Positions 24,747 to 37,700 of a stretch of 64,000 nt of DNA are shown here, in pieces. The notes beneath the pieces were generated by a model. That model did not search any database, was not told where the DNA came from, and was given only the letters and a program-made list of their open reading frames with translations. The stretch is from contig OZ365118.1 in the NCBI GenBank assembly GCA_977030845.1, positions 3,782,001-3,846,000 of the forward strand, read 5' to 3'. The translations under genes and the position numbers were made by a program. The DNA is from Fimbriosthenelais zetlandica (Eukaryota). Each line of letters opens with the position of its first letter. The first letter of the stretch is position 1.

Positions 24747-25288
24747 TCTTCTTCCCTGTTCTCCATAACCAAGTGTGACTGACGTCATCAAAACATGTGC
24801 ACATTCAAGGGTGCGCCCCACAAAGATTTATTTTCTAAATCAAACATCTTTATTTCACCACAGCACACATGAAAGCATTTACATACGAAATAGTAAGCAT
24901 TGGGGACATAAATATGTAAAAATAGTTCAATGTAGTAAAAGGAAAAGAGTTGACCTTTGACCTCCGTCCCCAGCAACACGACACATAAACATAAATGGCG
25001 GACATCGAGTCTCGTTTTGTGCCAAGCATGAAGGTTTTTACGATGCTGTCACGCTAAATATTACGGATCAGACAATCCACTGCCAGAAAGGACTTCTTTT
25101 AGGACTGTTTAATGAGTATGTAACAGCAAATCGCTGATTTGTGGACGTTTATTTTAGTTTTGCTGGCATTTTCTCAGGTAAGCGGGCACCTGCTGCGCGC
25201 ACCTGCTGGACTAGCAAATTAACACCGTGTGGAATCTGCTACGACTTGCCGACTTGTTTTTTGTGCTATCAATGCTAACAGATCGAAA
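24747..25288. promoter_or_regulatory. Divergent promoter and 5' UTR region shared by ZDHHC (-) and VWA3B (+)
   Basis: Start codons face away from each other at 24746 and 25289. TGACGTCA at 24780-24787, YY1-like AAATGGCGG at about 24993, CACCTG twice around GCGCGC at about 25187-25206, and a probable 5' UTR donor caggtaag at about 25177. Confidence 0.7.
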
Positions 25289-28200
25289 ATGTCTGGGGAA
25301 ATCTTATCTTTCGATCCTATCAAAGTCAATGGAAATTCAGATGGTAAGTGTCATTTTGTTTAGAAGATTATATGGGGCCTAGAATTAGAGGAATTTATAA
25401 TTCATTATCCGTAGGCGTGGCCATGGCATAGGCATAGGCCAGCAATATAGCCATAAGGCCTAATTTAGCCTAATAATAATGCATAACCTATGTCTATGTC
25501 ATGGTTATGTCATAGACATGATGTTAATAATTAAATTATAGTTAATTAATTATTACATGATCCCATCATATAATTATATTATTATATTGTATTGCATATC
25601 TAGCTCACTTTTACAATTTTTTAATTTAGGCGATGGCTTTTATCAAAGTCTTAGATAGGCCTACCAGCTCATGTGTTTATAATTTAAATAATATTAACCA
25701 TTTGTTCATATGTTCTTACAGATCCTCGGTTTGACATGTCACCTCCAAGAAGCAAGACACAAGCTTCTGAGCTTGGACTAGAGACTAGTGAGGAAGTCAG
25801 AGTGAACCCTGAACTTTCTGTAACTATGACACCGTCAAAAAGCTGGGATGTGGATGTACGGCTACATCTCTCCAGCCAGAAATGGCTCTCAACATATGGC
25901 CTGAAGAAAAACAGGCTGAATATGTACCATATCATGCCGCAGATAGGGTTCAAACACAGCGAAGGTAATTCATCTGTTAATAAAAAAGGATGGAACAATA
26001 GGCTACCCGGTGAATCACCAGTTATAATGTCTGGGGCTAACCACTAGGGATTCAATTATCTCCAGTGAATCAATAAATTATTAAATTCTAATATTACAGA
26101 ATGTTTTACATGGCTATGCAGCATGTGTTTCATGCTTCCAGATCCCCTCTAAATTTCAGGATAATCCGCTAAGTATGTCGAATTTCAGAGGAGACATTAG
26201 GACACTTTGAATTGAAAGATTACATTAGTTGCTTTAGCATGGCTTTTACCCAATCAACTGGTACTCTCTCTAGGTAAAAGCTAGCCCTACCACCCTCAAT
26301 CTTAATCCCCACACAGTGTCGCTAACCCCAACACTAATCCGCAAACCCCAACTGCCCACTGGTCAGTCAGAAGCAATCAGGCATGACCAAAGCTTAATTC
26401 GCGTGAGGTAAAAGCTACGACCCTGATCTAGATTTGAACCCACGACCAATAAGTCACATGGTTAAAAGCTGGAACCTATACTTCAATACAAAACGCCTAC
26501 CCCCATTCCTCCACATGCGGCAGGAATTTGTTTCAAATTCAATCGGAATATTGACCAACACAAAACATGTTAATCATAATCTTTCAGGGCAATATTGAAC
26601 AAAGGGCTCCTGAATAAAACTTACAAAGGCTACAGTTCTTTGGCTGGGTGTCAGATTAGTCCATTCATCCATTTTTAATTTAACCAATTCATCCATTTTT
26701 AATTTACAAATGCCCCAACAAAGCATTATCAGGAAGGGGTCTACTGGCGCTAGTGTGTTAACTATAGGAACTGTCCTGTATTAGTTTTTGATAATGACAG
26801 AGTTAGTACCAGGGTTGCTATGGTCAGTCATTATTATATATATATTGATATTTTCACGCTGATTGAGCAGTTTAGATGGTTTAGATGATTGCTCATAGCA
26901 ATCTCCACCCCAGGACCATTCACCTGTGTAATCTCAGATCAGGACAGGTGTGATTAAAGAGAAATTATCAGAAATCTAATTAACGGTACTAGTAATTAAT
27001 AAGTGTACATGCTCTCTTCAATAACCCCTCCTATACTTCTACCTGTGCTGCCCATTTTTAGTCCGTATCCATTTAATATTTAAGCACCCTTTCATAAATG
27101 AAATTTTCCTTATACATTTTGTATATCTGTAATGGTACAGAATCCCTAGAGAAAATACTGCGGCATGATTGCCTTAGGAGCTCTTTTCCTACCATTTAAA
27201 GAATCTTCAAATAAATGTTTTTGTCAGGAGCAGGTCTGGTTTGATCCTTTAGAAACACTTTCTCTTCTTAATGAAATATTTACAAGAATCAAACACAATT
27301 ACACCGGAAGAAAAGGTTGTTTTTTCTTCATGGTATTTCTGGTCAGAGCAGCCCACCTTGGTATGCGCCCAGCTCCGTTCCCATACACACAAGGATGGAG
27401 GGGTGCCAATCATTCATCGATTCATTGATTTATTGATTTTTCAATACTCCCCCGTGTTTGATGGTGTCGGTAATGTATGAGAGGGAAAGCCGGATGAAAA
27501 GTGTATGAAACCTTCATATAGAGCGGCACAATATACCCCTATAAGTGACTACTCAATGGGCAGTCTATGGGGCATTATATAGCCTATTCCACTGTATATG
27601 GAAAATTTATGACATGATTTAGAGCTGCATTGAAGAGAATCCATTACCACTATTGTGGTCAGATTTTCCGGTTAATAAACTTTCACTTTCATGTATTGAG
27701 TGGAAAATGGAAATAAATCATATATAAATTATACTGCAATTGTCACTACATTGTATCCCTAATTGGTTCAGGTAGCCTTGGATAAATATCCCGGTTAAAG
27801 TATACCATTTTTGGCCCTATACATTATTATGCCCATCCAATCACTGAACGTCTTAAAATGTATGATAAATATAGCTACATCTTCTTTTGTTTTATTTCAG
27901 ATTTTGACTCCTTTTTACGGAAGCCAGTGGCGTCTAAATATGGAGAAGGATTATTCCAAAAATACCAGAGATCAGATGGGAAAATGTTTAACGTAGGTCT
28001 TCAAAACCTTTTTATCTTTTTTTTGCTGCATATTGGTACCATTAATCAGTGTAGGCTGGAGAATGACCATTTATTAGTGCACTGATGCCGTATGGTTACC
28101 CACTGTTTTGTTTGCATGTTGAGCTGCAGTGATAATGTTTTAGCAAGGCCAGCATGCCAGAATGGATTGTTTTTATTGATTTTCTATCAAAAGAGTTATC

Positions 28201-31200
28201 AATATTGTGAACAGCTGCAGGAAAAAAGACTGATGCTTTGCTTCCCCAACCATACCCGAGTTAGCTTTCATCTAATTGATTGAGAAAGTCTATAAAATCG
28301 AAATTAGCATTGGAAATGTCCATCTTGCTGAGGGAACTAACCTTTCTGAAATAGGAATATACTTCGAAACGATATATGAAAAATAGCTTTCTCAGAGTTT
28401 GATATATTCAGTTGCCAATGTTTTTAAGTATCGATTGCAGTTGTACTGACTTTCACCTGTCAATGGATGAATGAACTCCAGATGTTAAAAATCTATTTGT
28501 AAAAAAAGGATTTGAAGTGATTTATTTTCTTCCTCGTCATGGCAACTTTGAACGTCTAGACTAGCTCTGAAACAAACAGTGAGAAACTTCTTGCCTGCCT
28601 GACTCCTGAATCCTTCATAATTAATAGTTTAAGTTGATTAGTTCACATTCAAATGGTTCCTTGTCTAAGAGGAAAGTACCAGTGAAGTACTACTTAATGG
28701 TGAAGAAATGAGTCATTGTTTTGTGTTGAATTCCTCCATGAAATGGTCATGAATAAATTATTTTCTGCATTACTTTCTGCCAAATCATCCTTAAAATATC
28801 AAGAGAAATGACCCAAAGAGTTTTCATTTTATCCTTTGTAATGAACAAAGGGTAAAACAACTATATTGTACATATATAACTATATATGAAAGATATTTCT
28901 ATCTTCACTTAAATGATACTTTATTTTAGAAGAATGAATCTCATTTTACCATGAAAAGATCTACATTGTATTTTCTTTCAGCATTATTGACTAACTAATC
29001 TAACTATTCTCTCACCTGTACTGATTTTATTACAGGTATCTTGTAGTAAGGAGAAGCTCCGTCAGATAGAGTTACGACTCACACAGGCTCTGAGTCTGTA
29101 TAAGAAGCGGTTAGACTGGTTAACATCAGAGAGTCGGCGGATATTCGGTGTGATAGAGGAGAAGAGTGTGTGTATCGTCATTGATATAGCTGACACCACA
29201 CCCAAACTATTCAACCAGTTCCGCAGCGGCCTGGAGCGAGTTATCAAAGAACAAGTCTCTATGGTGTCCAAGTTTAACATTATCAGGTGGGTGGGCGTTT
29301 AAATTCCATTATTTAACACATAGCACTTGGTGGAGAACCCAAAAGCTTGCATGGATCACAAATGTCAGAGTGGGAATCACTTCAGCCAAGAAAGGACTTG
29401 TGCAATCAAATAGAAAACTCATATCCTTAAAGTTGTTATCATGAGGTACCTTTATATGCTACTGTTTTCTAATAGAAGTATTTCTGATGAAATGCTAAAT
29501 GTGTTATTTTGTGATCAGGGCCTCGGATGACCTGGACGCCTTCTCTAAGCAGTGTATGCCAGTCAGTACAGAGACTATTAGTCAGGCTGTACAGTGGCTG
29601 TGGAAGCTGGAGAGGTCAGCTCCTGTCGGGAACACAGCTACATGTGAGGCTGTCCTCAAAGCCATGACAGACAACCAGGTAAATGTAGTAATATTCAAGA
29701 TTAATTACATTCCTAAAGCTGGGTCCTAATGGCCAGCATCTTGCTATTCAGGTTGTGCACTTCTGTAGCCCTTTTGGAACTTAGATTTTTTAGTAATATT
29801 TTTCTGGCAAACTCTTTTACAGTTAGATGGGATTTACTTGTACACAGAAGGATCATCAAGTGACAAGTCAAGAGAGCTGCTCGCTGGAAAGGTATTGCTC
29901 TTTGTCTAAAATACATATCCCTTGAGCAGTTAATCTGCTCAAACTTAATCAATCGTAATCATGACAAACAAAGTTATTCTGAGGTACATATGAATTGTTA
30001 TCAGGTCGTGAAAAGATCTGTATAGAAAGCAATTGAAGATAATATGTCCTGGTTTTCAGTTATCTGGTGCCCGCATTCCCACACATGTGGTCTCCTTCAA
30101 CTGTACAAAATCAGACACCATCAAGTCACTAAAAAACCTGGCCAAAGTCACAGGTGGAAGGTGGGTGCCTCTTACTCATCCCCTCAATTGTTTCATTCAT
30201 CAAATGAAACAGAAAATCCGTATTCAATTTAAGTCAGAAACCTATGATATATTCTCTTTCCCTTTTTCTAGGTTTCACGCCTACGCGGTAGTGATGGAGC
30301 TGGACTCGTATGAAGCAGATACTAAGACAGAAGGATCAGGCGGACAATCTAACGTCATCCTAAAGAAGAAGACGTACGGGGGTGTGCCATCAGGGGCGGG
30401 CATGAGGGAGGACGTTATATTAATGTTTGAGGAACTAGAAGAGGCCAGGACCGCCCTCTCACAAGTCACGGCTATTATTACATCCATGCCTGAAGCTAGG
30501 CCTGCAGTCGGTGAGTATGGGTGCTCACAATAGCTAATGGATTAAATATTAGTATTATTAATCAGTTATGAAGGCTAGGATTAACTGTTGATTGAGTAAA
30601 CTGCCTACACGATTATTTAGGAAGCAAATGTTAAAGTGAAGTATCTTCTGGCGGGTGAATTCAATATTAAAACAATATTAAATATCCTTATTTTAACTCA
30701 TGCTGCAGAAGGGCAAAGGGAGGACCATAGAACAAGAGGTAAAACTTCACTTTTTCACAACTTTTACAAGCGCAGTCTTTGAATCATTGATCGACTGGGT
30801 TTAAACACTCACATTAATCGCTATATGAATGATATTAACTCATATTAATGTGGTTTTATTCAGAGAGTGCTAATAACGTAAATAACCGGGTGTCAGACCG
30901 TAGTGAGACGTACATGAGTTCACGGGAGTGGCTCAACAAGTACGGTCTGAAGGCCAGGAAGCTGGGCTTCTATGACGTACTGGCTGGAGTAGCCTTTAAA
31001 CACAGAGATGGGGTGGTGGAGCTAAACCATGCTCCCGACGGAGAGTACCAAACAGACGCCGTAAGTTACTCAACTTAAAGCTTCAAATATATTTTCCAAA
31101 ATCTAGTATTTCCAATAAATTCACCACATATAATTGATCCTGATTTAAACTCTAAATACTATGTGCCACAAAAGGTCTGCTGGTAAATTCGCAGATCATT

Positions 31201-31691
31201 TTTGTTTAATTTTGTGTAACTGTACATATTTGAGTTTATATTATGACTATGTTTGACTTTAGTTAAGGAGAGATAAGTTGATCAACGCCCGGTACTGTGA
31301 TAAGTTCCCCCATGTTCGCTGGAAGGATGGACAGGTGGTACATGTACAAGTCACCCCAGAGATGCACAGATCATACGAACAGAAAGTCAACCTTACTCTC
31401 AATGCCATCCAACAAAGGTAGGCTACCAGAACTACTATCACATAGAAAAACTAAATCATATTTTTATGTCTCACAAAATGATTAAAATCATAGAAAAAAT
31501 ATTAAAATTATATTGAGACTATTTGCTTGTATGTATTACAGGATTGACTGGCTGCAGCAGGGCAGTCGAGAGCTGTTTGGTACAGTCATAGAGGAGCAGA
31601 TGTACATTCTCATAGACACCTCATCTTCAATGTCTCCCCACATCCAGTTTGTCAAGGATAAAATATTTGTCCTCATGCAGGTAAGAGACCC

Positions 31692-31728
<37 letters not shown>

Positions 31729-34700
31729 AAAAGGTTCAGACCAAAGACTTCTAAATAGAACAGTCCAAAACCCTGAAATATTCCAATAAATCTTCTCCTT
31801 TCTAATTATTTTAGATGGAAATTATGAAGCCATAGATTATTTAATTTTAAGGTGTATCGAGCTCAACCAGGGCTTTTTCTACCTGATGATATTAATAAAT
31901 TAATGACCTTTTATAATTTGATCTTTCAGGAGCAGCTTCGTCACAAACAGAAGTTTAACCTGGTCGCGTTTGACAGTAATGCTGTACCATGGCAGGGCCG
32001 GGCGGTGGATGTCAATGAGAAGAACCTACACCACGCCTGGCAGTGGTTGAAAGGCCTTAACTGCCGAGGGTCTACTAACACACTAGCTGCCCTCAGACAT
32101 GCCCTCAGTGACCCCCAAACACAGGCCATCTACCTACTGACCGATGGCCGGCCCGACCAGGTCAGTTCACATCTCTTAATATCCATTATTATATAGTGGA
32201 TAAACCATTTATAAGGCTTGACAAGTAAGGTCTATCCATTTTACAACATGCAAGGATTGGCCCCACTTCATTGCAATTAATTATGGTCAAAATAACCCAT
32301 GCGATTTCAAGCAATAGTGAATAGAAACTACAAATCAATGTATCTTTCAATCTAAATATAATAGAAAGTTGAAACATAAATTGAATTAATCTTTTCCAGC
32401 CTCCTCAGTCGATCCTAGCCCAGGTAATGCTCCACCCTAACGTCCCCATCCACACCATCTCATTCAACTGTTCAGACAGGGAAGCTAACCAGTTCCTCTG
32501 TCAGTTAGCTAAGGATACATCAGGCCGCTTTCATTATTACTCTGAGAACGGTATTGATCCTGAGGGACCAGAGCCGTGGGAGGTGAGTAAAGATAGACCC
32601 GTGACAACAAATATATTATTAAACATATTAATATATTATACTCTCATACTCTATATTGATCATGCTCTCTAGTGATCAGTTATACCTATAAACAACTGTC
32701 GCTCTCCTGTTATCATATTGGTGGAGAACCAATACTCGAATATAACCATTTTATTGATGAATTTGTTACGTTTTTCAGAGTGAGGACATACGTTTGTTAC
32801 GGCTGGAGTTGGAGCAGGGTTATCGTAACTTAGAGAAAATCGCAACGCTCAGAGACGAATGTGCTTCCCTCGCCTGGCGAAAAGACGATCTCAAAAGGTT
32901 AGTATTTCAAAGGAAATTTATTCTCCCCAATATGTTCACTATCAAATATTATCATAATCTAGTGAAATATTGACTAATAATAATACTTATTTCAGTTCTC
33001 GGGAGAGTTATAGTATGAGCTCGAGTGAGGAGTTGAATCGAGGAGTAACTCGCTTCTCACCTGCTCCACCTAGTGCTCACAGCCCCCGGGCCTCCACCCT
33101 CTCCTCTCACTCCACCTCCTCCACCAGGGCTAGAGTGGTGGTCCGTCCTCATAGCGTGGGCAGGTCAAAGGCTAAACGACCCATCACTGCAGGTGAGTCC
33201 ATTATCAAAAGCTAACTATTAATAAACTTTGTCAATCTATTGTCATTTTAAATCTAGTGCTGCTAACTAGGATATGAAAGGCCAGCCATGATTCCCACTG
33301 CCTGTGGTGAGAGGCATGTAATGTGTAAATGAATAATTCCTCACATTCGAGAAGGGCAGGAAATTGTTCCAACAGCGCGTTTTCTTCTCCAAATGAGATA
33401 ACTGAAAAACTGTTGACTGAAACAGTTCAGACATGCACTGTACAATTAGAATACTCCCTGAAGAGTTGACTCAACAATACATTCCACCCGAGGGAAATTA
33501 AAAAGTTAACCTGATGATTGGATTATAATTAAAGTTAATCTCTCTACAATATCATATTACCCATCTCCATTAGGATCCATTAATCTCATTAACCAGCGTG
33601 AGAATGCTGACCATCCCTGGAGGCAAAGGGGTAATGGTCACAAAGACCCTGTTGATTTGGAGATAAGGAAAATATATAATGTGGTATGGAAAGGGAATGA
33701 GAGTGTCAATGGATTTGAAATGTTTTATAGAAATATCCGGGTTTAAAAGGTCATTGAAAATGGCATCATTCCAGGCAGTATATTTTGAGCTATTTTACTG
33801 AGCGCATGCTTTACAATGTATCACATTGTGTGGCAGATCCCGGGGCTTTAATACTAAACATGGTGTTACATAACATGGCAATATTTCACGCGTTATATAT
33901 AGCAGCTTAACCAACCAACCCTTGTATTATATTGATTTCTGCTGGCTCTGACAGTAATACTGGTGCTTTGTGAGGCCATGGGCTCTCAGAGACGATTGTA
34001 GGCACTTATAACGGAATTATTACAAAGTAACTAAACTATAGGACCGGTGGGCACAGCTTAATATGTAATTACTGATAAGGAAATGCTGGTATTCTGCCAG
34101 ATATGGAACCAAATATAAATACACAACATACTTACAATTCCTTAAGTATGTTAGAATTATAAGGATTAGGAACTCTTAAAAAAAAAATAGATGCAAAAAA
34201 GCTGAAAGAACTTGGGGTCGGGGGTGGGGGGTATCTTACTCTATTATAATGGTATGCCACCCCCATGCTAAACCCCCACCCCCCCCCCCCCCCCCCACCC
34301 ACCCCCTACTTCCTCTCTCACACCCACGAGCTTTCAGCCACATATTAAAGCCGCACTGTTAAAGCTGTAGCTTGTAGCCTCAGCTTTCATGTGTTTGGGC
34401 TGGTCGGGTTGCTAGGCGACCAGTGACGCGCTCCGGTATAGCTCAGTGAAGTAAAACTGGTGGTCTGAGATAGGTAGAAACATGGGAAGGTAGAAGGCAC
34501 TGGACGAGCTCATAATATAGTCATGGGCAGTGTGAATATTGGAGTACCTAATGTGGGAGCCTATAGGAGGCCTGTCAAACTCATCAAAAGACCATCATCA
34601 GCTGGTAAATTAGTCATTTTTTATCTATTTTTTATACAAATTTTCTTATAATTCGGGAGAAGGAAGTATTTTAGGAGTGCTTGGATATTCTCAGCAGTGA

Positions 34701-37700
34701 AGGGTCGGTGGATTGAACCAGTAATGTTATAATATCAGAGTTAGATAGTTGGCTCCTGCTCTCACCTATATATTGATATGTTCATTTATTACTGATTCAC
34801 ACTCCCTTGACCTAACATTGGTCAATGCAGTTATGGATAATGCAATATCTACGCATACAGTATAGATTGATGGTCATTTCTTCAGCATCTTTATACATTA
34901 TGTATGACATCAAAAGCATCCACATCGTTCATATATTTCCACACATTTTCATGAACTGTTATCTTGCAAAATGGTTTACTAATAGGGAATTGTGTAAATA
35001 TTTGACATTTTATAAATATTTTGCCTTGTCTCAACCTAGAATTTATAGAATGTATGTTAAGCTTTGCGTTCCTCTTGCCCTACAGGTCTCTCCCGGAGTG
35101 TACCCAATGTGGCAGGTACTTATTGCTTTAATCTTAATGATCAAACTAACCTGACCTACCCTACTAATCTCTACACACTAACTCCCTACCTACCCCTCCT
35201 TATCACTGTAATCTTAAGTATCAGTAGCTTCTTCCTTTCTGTATCATTTTAATTATTTTTTGTATCATTTCCCAGGATAAAATAATCTGATCTGCAGGAC
35301 AGAAATTGTCTAACACTTGTCTAAAAATAAGCTGACTTTAAACATTTATTTCCCAACTAAATGTATCCTAAATGGACGGTAGTTCCAAGATTGGAATTAA
35401 GAAATCTCGCTAAAAAAAACTAAACTAGATTCAAATCATTGATGCTCTTAATTTTGCTATAGATCCTAAGAAGAGGAGAATACGGGACTGGTTACAGAGG
35501 CGACCTCTGTGTTCCTCTTTTTCTGTTGAGCGTATAGGTAGGCAAATAACTGCCAATTATAAAACTGCCAACTGCCAACAGCAAACTGTCTACGTCTATG
35601 TAACTGTTTCTGCTTTTTGTTGAGTGAGAATTAGTGCTAACCGTCAACACAAAGCCAAGACAGGCGAACATTAGTTGACATCTAGACATACAGAATCTGT
35701 ACTTTGTCTTGTGATATACTTGTCAATATGGTGTGGGCACATTGGGATATTATCATATAATATTAGCTCATTGGATTGGCACCATTTTATACGTTATAGC
35801 ACTGTCTGATTGGACACTTCCACCCTGGCTGGCGGATTTTCATTACAAATGTTATGTGTCAACGTTGTGAAATAATCTTATCAAATTTGAGACCCGAGGG
35901 ATCAGGTTTATTAGAAAATGAATCCTGAATTCCCATAGGGTTTTTGTGTTCGCCGTTCAAGAACTGGGATTAAACACCAGGGTCTTAGTGCTTTAAAGTT
36001 CCTTAATAATATACAAGTTGCTATTTCGTGTTCATAGATTATAACTCTTGAGAATTGTAGTATAATGTAGGCTAGTATTGTCACAGACTTAATTATATAA
36101 CTAAGCTTAATGCACATAGGAAATCGCCAATGCTTTGAAAATTCAAGATAAAAATATATTAATTTAAACTTTTTGTAAGTTTAAAATAAAGATACAATTC
36201 ACATAAATTATTCCATGAAGAAATTTTCCATAAATATATGAATTTTCTTATCCCTCTTCCGTTTTGCTTTGGTTTTCTGTAATAACATGCTTTAGATACT
36301 AAATATTTGGGGCTGGGTTTTTTTGAAGGGCTCTAAGCCTTCCTCCCGGACTTGGCCAGGCACTCATACCTAATACTGGTCATTAACTTTTCAGCCGCTC
36401 CTCGGCCAGGTGCCAGTGTAGCAGGTATATATTCAAACCTCAGGTGCCTGAGTCTTAAAGCATGAGTCTTTCTGCTTAAGGGTCAGTTCCACTCACCCGA
36501 TATTCTGCCAGATGCCTAGGAGATTCCTCCCTTCTTTTTCCTTCACTTTACCAATGAGATACTCTAATGTAAAGTATTCATTGATAAATTAAAATCGCTT
36601 TTATAAGAAGGGAGAATCCACTGGTCGTCCGATGGAGAATCTGATGAGTGGATCATGGTCTTTAGTGATGGAATATCAGGGGTTAACCTTGCCAGCACAA
36701 GAATGCATGTTATGAATGGTTATGTACATCAATATAAAGCCACACAAGGCTGGTAAAGAGCCGCCTCGGATGGTTTCACAAAGCCTATTATGTTGACAAT
36801 GCACGGCTGGGTATTGAGGTCTCGATATTCTTAATTTTCTGAATATCAATTTTCACGTTTGATTGGAAGAAGATTGATTGAAAAATTGTGGCTCACAACA
36901 GTGTCAAAATCTGTAATCAACATGTCCAATACTGCACGCCAAATGTCTTACGTCTTATACAACAATCCTACTGTTACAACTGTTAACTTTAACTTAACAG
37001 TGTTAGATTCCATTACTATAAAACATTGATTCACTGTGTATGTTCATCACAGAACCATTGAGTCACTAGTTACCGCCTTACCCATAATCAACCCACAATC
37101 ATATCTACTAACCCTTCATACCTTCCACAATAATTTGTTCTAAATTTCTGTCAATTTAATAACTTGATTTTATTTACATGCCTGACATGGCTTTATTCTA
37201 TCTCTCCAATTGTCATAATCAATTTCTGATCTTGATATCAACTACATATTCCCTTATGATTATGACCTTTTAAACCTATCAAAGCTTGCATTGAAACAAT
37301 CTTTATAACTGATCCGATTTGGGGTATTTTTCCTCTTGCCACCTTAGGACATACAAGGACGAGTCTACTGCGAACTTTGAACAGTTCAGGACAGTTTGAA
37401 CAGGAATGGTTACTACCAGAGACCAAGGAGTTATTTGACAGGCAGTCAGCAAGACAAGTACAGGCTGAGAAAGGTACAAAACTCTCTTATTTCCCATACA
37501 ATAAACTGAAGCTAATAGATGTACAATGGCCCTCACATTCCCCCTCATTTCTTAATTTAATCATTTATTCTTTCTCTTACAGATGATGAAAGGAAGCTGA
37601 AGAGACGCAACAAGCAAAAGAAAAAATATCTTGAGTAAGTCTGCAAGATTTAAACCGGATTCATCTTCCAAAAATTCACTCCAATTGCAAATTGACAGTA

